Positions 9,342 through 18,697 are shown, counted from the stretch's first letter. The stretch is DNA of 64,000 nt from Cytophagales bacterium (GCA_022360015.1 JAKSDQ010000060.1:13922-77921), one strand, 5' to 3'. Notes: a model not told the origin generated them from the letters alone. Numbers and translations are program-made.

Positions 9342-10520
9342 ATGAGTGAATTTAAACACATAGAAACGAAGGCCATCAGGACACAAAATGGCAAGGCATC
9401 ATACAGGGAGCATTGTGCGCCGATTTACATGACTTCAAGCTTTACTTTCGAAGATGCTGAGCAGGCCAGAGCACTGTTTGCAGACGAAATCGAAGGTAAC
9501 ATTTATACAAGGTTTTCAAACCCCAATAATTCAGAATTTGTAGAAAAGCTTTGCTTGTTGGAGGAAACCGAAGATGGTATCGCGACTGCCTCAGGCATGG
9601 CAGCTATGTTTTCCAGTATGGCTGCGCTGCTTAATTCCGGAGATCATGTGCTGGCTTCCCGTTCGGTGTTTGGATCCACACATCAGATCTTTACCCAAAT
9701 TTTTCCGAAGTGGGGCATTGAACACACCTACGCAAATATCAACGACCCGTCAGATTGGGAGGGAAAGATCAGAAAAAATACAAAAATGATTTTCGCTGAA
9801 ACACCTTCCAACCCGGGTTTGGATCTGATAGATATGGAATGGCTGGGAGGACTTGCGGAAAAGCATGGACTTGTCTTGAACATTGACAATTGTTTCGCCA
9901 CGCCCATACTGCAACAACCGTCAAAATATGGCGCGCAAATTGTGACTCACTCTGCCACCAAGTTTATGGATGGTCAAGGCAGAACCATTGGCGGGGCAAT
10001 TCTTGGAAAACGTGATTTGATTGACAAAATAAGGTTTTTTACAAGGCATACCGGACCTGCCCTGTCACCTTTTAATGGTTGGATACTTTCGAAAAGCCTG
10101 GAAACCCTGCCCTTGCGCATGGAAAGACACTGTGAAAATGCCATGAAAATTGCTGAATACCTTGAAGGACACGAGGAACTTGAGTCAGTTAAGTATCCAT
10201 TCCTAAAGTCACACCCGCAGTACGATTTAGCCAAAAAACAGATGAGATATGGCGGGGGGCTAATCACATTTGTGGTTAATGGTGGTTTGGAAAGGGGCCA
10301 AAGGTTCTTGAATAGTCTGGAAATGTTGTCGTTTACAGCCAATCTCGGCGACGCCAGAACCATCGCCACACATCCGGCCTCAACGACACATTCAAAACTT
10401 TCGGAAGAAGACCGGAAAGTTGTGGGTATATCTCCGGGCTTGATCCGTATTTCTGTGGGTTTGGAAAATGTCAATGATATATTGGAAGACATCGTAAACG
10501 CATTAAATGCCTCTAAATAG
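9342..10520 (+). CDS. metZ: O-succinylhomoserine sulfhydrylase (Cys/Met PLP enzyme)
   Basis: YTRFSNP, ASGMAA, HSATKFMDGQGR (PLP lysine), HPASTTH. MetZ-like within the trans-sulfuration family; substrate is inferred. Confidence 0.8.
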   Translation: MSEFKHIETKAIRTQNGKASYREHCAPIYMTSSFTFEDAEQARALFADEIEGNIYTRFSNPNNSEFVEKLCLLEETEDGIATASGMAAMFSSMAALLNSGDHVLASRSVFGSTHQIFTQIFPKWGIEHTYANINDPSDWEGKIRKNTKMIFAETPSNPGLDLIDMEWLGGLAEKHGLVLNIDNCFATPILQQPSKYGAQIVTHSATKFMDGQGRTIGGAILGKRDLIDKIRFFTRHTGPALSPFNGWILSKSLETLPLRMERHCENAMKIAEYLEGHEELESVKYPFLKSHPQYDLAKKQMRYGGGLITFVVNGGLERGQRFLNSLEMLSFTANLGDARTIATHPASTTHSKLSEEDRKVVGISPGLIRISVGLENVNDILEDIVNALNASK

Positions 10521-10524
10521 AACT

Positions 10525-10629
10525 ATGAGAATAAAAATATACTATATCGCTCCCCTTTGCTTGATTAACCTGTGTATGATGGCTTGTTTTTGTTGTTGTC
10601 GAAACTGTATCAGCAGGGAGCATCTGTAA
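10525..10629 (+). CDS. Putative Cys-rich attenuator leader peptide (34 aa, MRIKIYYIAPLCLINLCMMACFCCCRNCISREHL)
   Basis: ATG 4 nt after the metZ stop; 7 Cys codons including TGT TTT TGT TGT TGT; TAA 10627-10629, upstream of a terminator. Confidence 0.8.
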   Translation: MRIKIYYIAPLCLINLCMMACFCCCRNCISREHL

Positions 10630-10657
10630 TTTTATGCAAGTTTAGTATAAGTTTTAG

Positions 10658-10689
10658 AGCCTTCCTGCTGACACGGGAAGGCTTTTTTT
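10658..10689 (+). terminator. Attenuator terminator before the sulfite reductase
   Basis: AGCCTTCCTG / CGGGAAGGCT 10-bp stem, 6-nt loop, T7 tract (10683-10689). Its 5' arm can alternatively pair with 10611-10620. Confidence 0.9.
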
Positions 10690-10725
10690 GTGAGTTGTAA
10701 TCAAAGTATTAAACAATCTATAAAA

Positions 10726-12885
10726 ATGACACCAGAATTAAATAACAAAATTTCAACCGAAGCGAAAGAAGATATTCGCGAGTTGGCAGAGAAAATCAGT
10801 CGTTTTCGTGATGGCAAGATAGACGAAGAGAAGTTTAAAGCGTACCGGCTTACAAGGGGCGTGTATGGACAAAGACAATTAGGTGTGCAGATGTTTCGCA
10901 CCAAAATACCTTACGGCCGGCTTACTGCCGATCAATTGACACGGATAGCCGATATCTCGGAGAAATATACGAATGGTAACCTCCATACTACCACCAGGCA
11001 AAATATTCAATTGCATTATGTAAAGTTGGACGACAGTCCTGCCATTTGGACAGAATTAGAAGAGGTAGGGGTAACAGCCCGTGAAGCATGTGGTAATACT
11101 GTACGTAATGTAACCGGTTCTGCGCTGGCAGGAATCGATCCCAATGAACCTTTTGATATAACCCCCTATGCTGAATCCGTTTTCAGATATTTTCTTAGAA
11201 ATCCAATATGCCAGGATATGGGAAGAAAGGTAAAGATTGCTTTCTCTTCCAGTGACAAAGACTCGGCGTTCACTTATTTTCATGATTTTGGATTTATTCC
11301 GGTTGTGAAAATTGAGGATGGTAAGGAAATCAGAGGCTTTAAAACTGTGGTAGGTGGCGGCCTGGGTGCACAGTCTTTTGTGGCCAGGACTGCCCACGAG
11401 TTTTTACCTGAAAACCAGATTATCCCTTTCACCGAGGCAGCGCTCAGGGTTTTTGACCGTTATGGGGAACGTGAAAAAAGGTTCAAAGCAAGACTGAAAT
11501 TCTTAATAGATGAAAAAAGAGGATTGGGATTGGAAAAATTCCTTGAATTAGTGGAAAAAGAACGTAAGGCCATCCCCCACCAATCAATTGAAATTGACAG
11601 GACGCTGGTACCTGAGTTGGTGCTACCGGAAAAACAGGATTATTCTGATGTGACTATTGAGGAGGAAGAAAAATATCGGGATTGGCTAAAATCAAATGTA
11701 TTTGAGCAAAAACACAAAGGCTTTCATGGTATCCGGATCAAGTTAACAAACGGCAACATCGATGCGGAAAGAGCCAGAAAATTATCAGGTATCGTCAGAA
11801 AACATGCCGCCGATGACCTGAGGATCACAGTTAATCAGGGCCTGTTATTGAAATATATACCAACCAGCGCATTACCTCAGGTATTTAATGAATTAAACGC
11901 CCTGGGCCTGGCGGAATTTGGTTTTGGCACCATTGCTGACATCACAGCCTGCCCCGGAACAGATACCTGTAACCTTGGTGTAAGTAACAGCACCGGCGTT
12001 GCAGAAGCCCTGGAAAAAATCATCAGGGAAGAATACAAGGATTTAATCTTTGATGCAGACATTCATATTAAAATCAGCGGATGCATGAATTCATGCGGAC
12101 AACACATGGCAGCCAACATTGGTTTTCATGGAAGTTCAATTAAAAACGGACAACTGGTTGTACCGGCTTTGGTGGTATTACTTGGGGGTGGGGTCGACCC
12201 TGAAGGAAATGGGTTTGTCGCCGACAAAGTGGCCAAGCTACCATCAAAAAAGGCACCACAGGCGTTGAGAATTATTCTGGATGATTATAAGGAAAATGCG
12301 CTTCCGGGAGAGTACTTCAACAGTTACTATAAAAGATATGGTAAAATATATTTTTATGATCTGATAAAACACCTCATTGATCCGACTCAGCTAACGGAAT
12401 CGGATTATATCGACTGGGGGGGAACTGATAATTTTGTGCCAGCAGTTGGTGTGGGTGAATGTGCCGGTGTCAGCTATGACGTTGTCGGAACGATCATCGA
12501 GGATGCCACTGAAAAACTGGCGAATGGTGAAAAAGATCTGGCTGCCGATGAGTATGACAGGACGATTTATAATGCTTACAATACGTTTGTAATCGGTGCA
12601 AAAGCATTACTGTTAAGTGAAGATATCAGATGTAATACACATATTGGTATTATCAGGGATTTTGACAAACATTTTGTTGAAGCCGGCAAATTAACGCTTA
12701 ACGAAAACTTCGAAACCCTGGTCTTGCAAATCAATCAAAATACACCAAATGCAGATTTTGCAAAGCGATATCTGAAGCTGGCCCATGAATTTTTGCAGCA
12801 GGTTAAAACATACCGTGCCAATCAAATTGCCGGTGATGTCACACAGAAAGAAAAGCTGGTGGTAGATAATTTTTATAAAGCATAA
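10726..12885 (+). CDS. Ferredoxin-dependent sulfite (nitrite/sulfite) reductase with C-terminal HEPN-like extension
   Basis: RLTRGVYGQRQ, TTRQNIQLH, CPGTDTCNLG and KISGCMNSCGQH siroheme/4Fe-4S motifs. Start moved from GTG 10690 (on the terminator U-tract) to ATG 10726. Confidence 0.9.
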   Translation: MTPELNNKISTEAKEDIRELAEKISRFRDGKIDEEKFKAYRLTRGVYGQRQLGVQMFRTKIPYGRLTADQLTRIADISEKYTNGNLHTTTRQNIQLHYVKLDDSPAIWTELEEVGVTAREACGNTVRNVTGSALAGIDPNEPFDITPYAESVFRYFLRNPICQDMGRKVKIAFSSSDKDSAFTYFHDFGFIPVVKIEDGKEIRGFKTVVGGGLGAQSFVARTAHEFLPENQIIPFTEAALRVFDRYGEREKRFKARLKFLIDEKRGLGLEKFLELVEKERKAIPHQSIEIDRTLVPELVLPEKQDYSDVTIEEEEKYRDWLKSNVFEQKHKGFHGIRIKLTNGNIDAERARKLSGIVRKHAADDLRITVNQGLLLKYIPTSALPQVFNELNALGLAEFGFGTIADITACPGTDTCNLGVSNSTGVAEALEKIIREEYKDLIFDADIHIKISGCMNSCGQHMAANIGFHGSSIKNGQLVVPALVVLLGGGVDPEGNGFVADKVAKLPSKKAPQALRIILDDYKENALPGEYFNSYYKRYGKIYFYDLIKHLIDPTQLTESDYIDWGGTDNFVPAVGVGECAGVSYDVVGTIIEDATEKLANGEKDLAADEYDRTIYNAYNTFVIGAKALLLSEDIRCNTHIGIIRDFDKHFVEAGKLTLNENFETLVLQINQNTPNADFAKRYLKLAHEFLQQVKTYRANQIAGDVTQKEKLVVDNFYKA

Positions 12886-12887
12886 TC

Positions 12888-13655
12888 ATGAACGGCAAAT
12901 TAACATTGGTAGGTGCCGGTCCGGGAGACCCGGACCTGATTAGCATAAAAGGTATGAAGGCCATCAAAAAGGCTGATGTCATTTTATATGATGCACTGGC
13001 ACATCCGGACTTACTGGAGTATGCCCGGCCCGGCACCGAAAAAATTTATGTAGGAAAAAGGGCCGGATACCACTCCTACAAGCAGGAAGAAATAAATCAA
13101 CTGATTGTGGATCGTGCCCTGAGAGGAAATCATGTGGTAAGGCTAAAAGGTGGAGATCCTTTTGTATTTGCCCACGGAAAAGAAGAACTGGAATATGCAG
13201 AGACATTTTCTATTGAAACAGAGGCTATTCTTGGCATATCCAGTGTTAACCTGCCCGGCTTATATGGCATACCATTAACCAGAAGAGGCGTCAACGAGAG
13301 TTTCTGGGTAATAACGGCCACAACCAAAGACGGAACACTTTCCAAAGATGTTTTTCAGGCTGCCCGGTCAACCGCCACGGTAGTACTGCTCATGGGCCTG
13401 AAGAAGCTGGACCAAATTACCGCCATCTATAAAAAGTCAGGAAGGGGTAATCTTCCGGCAGCATTGATCTCAAAAGGATCACTGGAGGACGGGAACATTA
13501 TTTTTGGCACCGCAGCCACGCTTTTGTCAAAACAACAGGAACACCGGCTGCCAGGTCCTGCGATGATTGTAATCGGGGAAGCGGTAGGCACTCATGAATA
13601 TTTCTATGAAAAAATAAAAAACGTGGAGCGATTCAATAACCATCCAAAATTTTAA
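12888..13655 (+). CDS. cobA: Uroporphyrinogen-III C-methyltransferase (siroheme synthesis; CysG methyltransferase domain)
   Basis: LVGAGPGDPDLIS, YVGKRAG, VVRLKGGDPFVF. Confidence 0.93.
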   Translation: MNGKLTLVGAGPGDPDLISIKGMKAIKKADVILYDALAHPDLLEYARPGTEKIYVGKRAGYHSYKQEEINQLIVDRALRGNHVVRLKGGDPFVFAHGKEELEYAETFSIETEAILGISSVNLPGLYGIPLTRRGVNESFWVITATTKDGTLSKDVFQAARSTATVVLLMGLKKLDQITAIYKKSGRGNLPAALISKGSLEDGNIIFGTAATLLSKQQEHRLPGPAMIVIGEAVGTHEYFYEKIKNVERFNNHPKF

Positions 13656-13659
13656 CGCT

Positions 13660-14313
13660 ATGGAAAGGCTGTTTGACAACAACCATTATACATCGCTAAC
13701 ACCCCGGGAAAGGCTGGAAAAACTATTCAGTGAACATGATGAAGCCAAAATTCTTGTGACCTCTTCATTCGGAAGCACATCGGTTGTGTTATTGCACATG
13801 TTAAGCCAGGTGAAGCCGGGGCATCCTATTCACTTCGTTAACACTGGTTTTCTTTTTCAGGAAACCCTTGATTACAAAAAACAATTGATTGAAAAACTAG
13901 GGCTTAAGGTCATCAATGTCAAAGCCAGGGAAAACCGTCACAGATTCACCAGGGAAAACCAAAGCTGGCGGTTCAATCACGATTTATGTTGTTTTATCAA
14001 CAAAGTGGAGCCGGTTAACGAACTGAGGGCCTCCTATGATGTTTGGATTTCAGGGCTACTCGCGTTCCAAAATGCGAACCGGAGCAAAACCCGCATCTTT
14101 GAACCTAAAAAGGATATCGTTAAATTCCATCCTATCATAGACATGACCGCCGCAGAGGTGAGTTTATATATGACGATTTACGAACTCCCCAGCCACCCTC
14201 TTGTGGCCGAGGGATACGAATCCATCGGATGTACCCATTGCACCAGAAAAGGAAAAGGAAGAGAAGGCCGGTGGTTTGACAAAACAAAAACCGAATGCGG
14301 CCTCCATGCATAA
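13660..14313 (+). CDS. cysH: APS/PAPS reductase; the CC...CxxC pattern suggests the 4Fe-4S APS-reductase type
   Basis: TSSFG, FVNTG, DLCCFINKVEP, GYESIGCTHCT, REGRW and C-terminal ECGLH. Confidence 0.92.
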   Translation: MERLFDNNHYTSLTPRERLEKLFSEHDEAKILVTSSFGSTSVVLLHMLSQVKPGHPIHFVNTGFLFQETLDYKKQLIEKLGLKVINVKARENRHRFTRENQSWRFNHDLCCFINKVEPVNELRASYDVWISGLLAFQNANRSKTRIFEPKKDIVKFHPIIDMTAAEVSLYMTIYELPSHPLVAEGYESIGCTHCTRKGKGREGRWFDKTKTECGLHA

Positions 14314-14352
14314 ATGGAGTGTGGGTGTGGGTGTCAGTGTGGGTGTGAGTGA
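14314..14352 (+). other. Micro-ORF MECGCGCQCGCE coinciding with a GTG(G/A)GT-type hexamer repeat
   Basis: TAA(14311-13) ATG GAG TGT GGG TGT GGG TGT CAG TGT GGG TGT GAG TGA; whether it is translated is unknown. Confidence 0.4.
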
Positions 14353-14423
14353 TCTTCCTGTCCCATAGGGGCAAAATATTGGTAGTACAAGGTTTTAATC
14401 AACGGCAATCGCTTTTGAAGCCT

Positions 14424-14957
14424 TTAAACGAATTGCGTTTTCACAAAAAAATCCCAGACCACAATCCCGATGCTGACAGAAATGTTTAAAGAATGTTTGG
14501 TGCCAAACTGGGGAATTTCAAGGCATATATCAGAAAGAGCTACGGCAGCATCATCCACACCAAAGGCTTCATTGCCAAATATAAAGGCATATTTTTTATC
14601 CTTTCCAGGTTGAAAATCCTGGAGCATCAGCCCATCTTGCACCTGCTCTATTGACACAATAATGTAATCCAGGGATTTAAGACGATTTATCAGGGTCATT
14701 GTGCTCTCCACGTGCTCCCAATCAACAGATTCCGTGGCACCAAGGGCGGTTTTGTGGATTTCACGATGAGGGGGACTGGCCGTAATACCACATAGAAAAA
14801 TCTTTTCAACACAAAAAGCGTCCGAAGTACGAAATGCAGCACCTACGTTGTTCATACTTCTCACATTGTCAAGCACGACAACTAACGGAATTTTTTTCTT
14901 ATTTTTGAATTCCTCGACAGAAATTCTGTTGAGTTCTTCGTTACTGAGTTTTCTCAT
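14424..14957 (-). CDS. TrmH/SpoU-family RNA methyltransferase
   Basis: VVLDNVRSMNNVGAAFRT, FIFGNEAFGV, IPQFGTKHSLNIS. Start moved to ATG 14957 because a TATCTTTG element at 14986-14979 overlaps the ORF-track start. Confidence 0.9.
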   Translation of the reverse strand: MRKLSNEELNRISVEEFKNKKKIPLVVVLDNVRSMNNVGAAFRTSDAFCVEKIFLCGITASPPHREIHKTALGATESVDWEHVESTMTLINRLKSLDYIIVSIEQVQDGLMLQDFQPGKDKKYAFIFGNEAFGVDDAAVALSDICLEIPQFGTKHSLNISVSIGIVVWDFFVKTQFV

Positions 14958-15048
14958 GTCAATGATATGGGCAAGGGGCAAAGATAATTTATAAAAGCTG
15001 AACCAATAAATTTATAAATAAACCTGAATTAAATCTTTAATACAGTCA

Positions 15049-17664
15049 ATGGCAAACACCAAAACCAAAGCGGAAAAGGAAACCCCTCTGATGAAACAAT
15101 ACAATGCGATTAAAGCACGGCATCCCGGTGCCTTATTGCTTTTCAGGGTAGGGGATTTTTATGAGACATTTGGCGAAGACGCGGTTAAGGCCAGTAAAGT
15201 ATTGGAAATAGTCCTGACTAAAAGGGCGAATGGCGCCGCCTCTCACGTGGAGTTGGCAGGTTTTCCACACCACGCCCTGGATACATACCTGCCCAGGTTG
15301 GTAAGGGCTGGTAACCGGGTGGCAATCTGCGATCAGTTAGAGGACCCAAAAGCCGCTAAAGGTATCGTAAAAAGAGGGGTGACGGAGTTGGTTACACCTG
15401 GTCTTTCATTGAACGACAATGTGCTGGAAAAAAACCAAAATAACTACCTCGCATCGATTTTTTTCAACAAAGAGGTATATGGCATTGCTTTTCTTGACCT
15501 TTCTACGGGCGAATTCCTGACCAGCAGGGGTACCGATAAATATATCGATAACCTATTACAAAGTTTCAAACCCATGGAGGTTATCTTCAGCAAAACGGAC
15601 CGCCAGGCGTTTAACACACACTTTCAGGACAAATTTAATACTTACTGTCTCGATGAGTGGGTGTATAGTTATGATTACGCTTATGAAAAACTTACCAGCC
15701 ATTTCTCTACCTCCTCGTTAAAAGGATTTGGGATAGAAGGTGTAACGGAGGGAATAATTGCAGCCGGGGCCATACTGCACTACCTCAATGAAACCGAGCA
15801 CAAAGAAGTTAAACACATCTCTTCCATTTCCAGGATCGAAGAAGAAAACTACGTGTGGCTCGATAAGTTTACCATCAGAAATCTGGAGCTGGTCTATCCT
15901 CAGCAGGAAGGTGGCATCCCCCTAATCGACATCCTGGACCAAACCCAGACACCCATGGGCTCCAGGTTGCTTAAAAAGTGGATGGTATTACCTTTAAAAG
16001 AAAAAGTAGCCATTGAAGAAAGACATCAGGTGGTGGCAGCACTGGTAAAAGACCAGGATTTACAGCACGAGATCTCACAACTTTTCAAAAATATTGGCGA
16101 CCTGGAAAGACTGGTGTCCAAAGTGGCGACGAGAAGAATCAACCCACGGGAAATGACCCAGTTAAAAAAGGCACTGGCGCATATTGCCCCTGTAAAAAAC
16201 CTGTTGACCAAATCCGGGGTTGCACCGCTGCTAAAGCTGGCCGACCAATTAAATCCTTGCGAATTTTTATTGCAAAAGATCGATACCGAACTAAAGGAAG
16301 ACCCACCAATCCAGGCCAATCAGGGCAACCTTATCAAAGATGGTATCAACCGGGAACTGGATGAGCTTCGAAAAATTGCTTTTTCGGGCAAAGACTATCT
16401 GGTACAAATTCAGCAGAGGGAGAGTGAGGCTACCGGGATACCATCCTTAAAAATCGCATACAATAAGGTCTTTGGTTACTATCTCGAGGTCACCAATGCA
16501 CATAAAGACAAAGTACCTGAAAACTGGATCAGAAAACAGACCCTCGTTAACGCCGAAAGGTATATCACCGAAGAATTAAAAGAATATGAAGAAAAGATTT
16601 TAAACGCCGAAGAAAAACTGGGGGTCATAGAGCAAAGGATTTATCATGAACTGGTCATACATGCCACCGATTTTATCAGCCAGATTCAGCAGAATGCTAA
16701 GATAATTGGAAAAACAGACTGTTTGGCTTCTTTCGCCCATATCGCTATAAAATATAAGTACTGTCAGCCCGAAATCAACGAGTCCGGAATATTGGATATT
16801 AAGGAGGGCAGGCACCCGGTTATTGAAAGGCAGTTGCCCGTGGGGGAGTCTTATGTTCCCAACGATATATTGCTGGATCATGAAATCCAACAAATCATGA
16901 TTATCACAGGGCCTAATATGGCGGGCAAATCTGCGCTTCTGCGGCAAACAGCACTGATTGTACTGATGGCTCAGATGGGTTCCTTTGTGCCAGCTAAAAA
17001 AGCAGTCCTTGGTATCGTGGACAAGGTATTCACACGCGTCGGGGCGTCTGACAATCTTTCGAAAGGTGAGTCAACTTTTATGGTGGAAATGACTGAGACG
17101 GCCAGCATTCTCAATAATTTAAGCGAAAACAGTTTGGTATTGATGGATGAAATCGGCCGGGGTACCAGCACCTATGATGGCGTCTCTATTGCCTGGTCGA
17201 TTGTCGAATATCTCCATAATCATCAAAAATTTAAAGTGAAGACTTTGTTCGCCACCCATTATCATGAATTGAATCAACTGACCAACGATCTGGACAGGGT
17301 CAAAAATTTTAATGTTTCTGTAAAAGAGGTAGGTGACAAAGTTATTTTTATGAGAAAGTTAAAAAAAGGTGGCAGCGAGCACAGTTTCGGCATTCATGTC
17401 GCCCAAATGGCCGGGATGCCCAACCCTGTGGTCATCAGGGCCAGCGAAATAATGCACCACCTGGAAAAAGATAAAATTCACACGCGGCATAAAAAGCAGT
17501 TTGAAGAATTACCAAAGAACAATTTTCAGCTAAGTTTATTTGAGGCCGATCCCAAATTTAAGGAGGTTCAAAAACTGGTCAACCTGCTGGATATCAATAC
17601 AATTTCACCAGTAGAAGCACTACTGAAATTAAATGAAATAAAAAACATCCTCGGCAATTCCTGA
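15049..17664 (+). CDS. mutS: DNA mismatch repair protein MutS
   Basis: GDFYETF mismatch motif, GPNMAGKS Walker A, STFMVEM, DEIGRGTST, ATHYHEL. Confidence 0.98.
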   Translation: MANTKTKAEKETPLMKQYNAIKARHPGALLLFRVGDFYETFGEDAVKASKVLEIVLTKRANGAASHVELAGFPHHALDTYLPRLVRAGNRVAICDQLEDPKAAKGIVKRGVTELVTPGLSLNDNVLEKNQNNYLASIFFNKEVYGIAFLDLSTGEFLTSRGTDKYIDNLLQSFKPMEVIFSKTDRQAFNTHFQDKFNTYCLDEWVYSYDYAYEKLTSHFSTSSLKGFGIEGVTEGIIAAGAILHYLNETEHKEVKHISSISRIEEENYVWLDKFTIRNLELVYPQQEGGIPLIDILDQTQTPMGSRLLKKWMVLPLKEKVAIEERHQVVAALVKDQDLQHEISQLFKNIGDLERLVSKVATRRINPREMTQLKKALAHIAPVKNLLTKSGVAPLLKLADQLNPCEFLLQKIDTELKEDPPIQANQGNLIKDGINRELDELRKIAFSGKDYLVQIQQRESEATGIPSLKIAYNKVFGYYLEVTNAHKDKVPENWIRKQTLVNAERYITEELKEYEEKILNAEEKLGVIEQRIYHELVIHATDFISQIQQNAKIIGKTDCLASFAHIAIKYKYCQPEINESGILDIKEGRHPVIERQLPVGESYVPNDILLDHEIQQIMIITGPNMAGKSALLRQTALIVLMAQMGSFVPAKKAVLGIVDKVFTRVGASDNLSKGESTFMVEMTETASILNNLSENSLVLMDEIGRGTSTYDGVSIAWSIVEYLHNHQKFKVKTLFATHYHELNQLTNDLDRVKNFNVSVKEVGDKVIFMRKLKKGGSEHSFGIHVAQMAGMPNPVVIRASEIMHHLEKDKIHTRHKKQFEELPKNNFQLSLFEADPKFKEVQKLVNLLDINTISPVEALLKLNEIKNILGNS

Positions 17665-17684
17665 CCAGGCGTTAAAGCAATTCT

Positions 17685-17855
17685 TTAATGACATAAAACC
17701 AGAGACTCGGGCCTGAAATAGTATTTTTTCGTTTGTCCGTTTCTTGTGGCTATACACTCAACCAGGCCTTTCCCATAGACTGAGCTTATCTTCATTTTCT
17801 TGCTGCCAATAATCAGTTTTACTAAATCACCTTTTTTTAAACTTTCCATCTTCAT
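17685..17855 (-). CDS. Small protein, YodC/DUF2158-like (56 aa)
   Basis: Manual translation MKMESLKKGDLVKLIIGSKKMKISSVYGKGLVECIATRNGQTKKYYFRPESLVLCH; resembles the GDxVxL...M.V...V.C...F...L pattern; below the ORF-track cutoff. Confidence 0.55.
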   Translation of the reverse strand: MKMESLKKGDLVKLIIGSKKMKISSVYGKGLVECIATRNGQTKKYYFRPESLVLCH

Positions 17856-18067
17856 GATTTTTTTTACACAAGATTAAAAAACGTGCCAAAAGTTTAGCCT
17901 GAGAGAATTATTTTCGCTTTTTCTTAATGGCGACTCAGGTAAAAAGTAACCTCTGGTAGAATTTATGCAAAAAACAAATTATGATTTGATGATTGTTACA
18001 ACCGGCAGGCAATAAACCCTACCTCCCCCCATTTGAAGCTTGGTTTCAGGTACACACATAGGGTCTC

Positions 18068-18613
18068 CTATTCCTCCAACAGGTTTTCTATCTCATCCAG
18101 CTTGTCATCATTGTATGATCCGGAAGTCACAAAAACTATTTTACCTTGCTTATCGAGCACAAAAAAATAGGGTACATCTTTCTTCTCAAAGTCGAGGGCT
18201 TCTTTGTATTTTTTCAGCTCACCCTTATAAAACATGATGTGCGGGACCAATTTAGGGTCGGTTTTATCTTTCATTTTTTTCATTACCTTTCCGTAGGCTG
18301 CTTTTTTTACACCAGTGAACATGGGGATAAAATACACATTGACGTCATACTCCGTGTAAAACAGCCCCGGATTTTTAGGTTTATAAATAAATTTTTGATA
18401 GATAGGATTGAACCAGGTTTTAAGATCCTCTTCCGATTTTTTGGAATACGCCATCCCCAGCAATGTGAATTTTTCCTTGGTGTCTGACGGAATAACCACT
18501 TGCTTGTTCAACAATGTCTCCCCCTCCAAATTCGGAAATTGACTGCCGAGCTGCGCATGCACATTAGCAGACAAAAAGAATAGAAAAAACAGGTAATAAC
18601 ATATGTTTTTCAT
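18068..18613 (-). CDS. Secreted thioredoxin-fold / ATP10-like hypothetical protein
   Basis: Signal peptide from MKNICYY (ATG 18613), FPNLEGETL, PYFFVLDKQGKIV; no CxxC. Confidence 0.65.
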   Translation of the reverse strand: MKNICYYLFFLFFLSANVHAQLGSQFPNLEGETLLNKQVVIPSDTKEKFTLLGMAYSKKSEEDLKTWFNPIYQKFIYKPKNPGLFYTEYDVNVYFIPMFTGVKKAAYGKVMKKMKDKTDPKLVPHIMFYKGELKKYKEALDFEKKDVPYFFVLDKQGKIVFVTSGSYNDDKLDEIENLLEE

Positions 18614-18697
18614 AGTCACAATTTTGAATATACCCAATAACGACCCTTTCAAACAAATGTTATTAAAAGGACAATACAAATAATTCCTGACATAACT

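Noticed and set aside
14135-14374. Minus-strand ORF with an HTHTDTHTHT His/Thr run
   Set aside because: Antisense reading of the hexamer repeat, overlapping the cysH 3' end; no start context.
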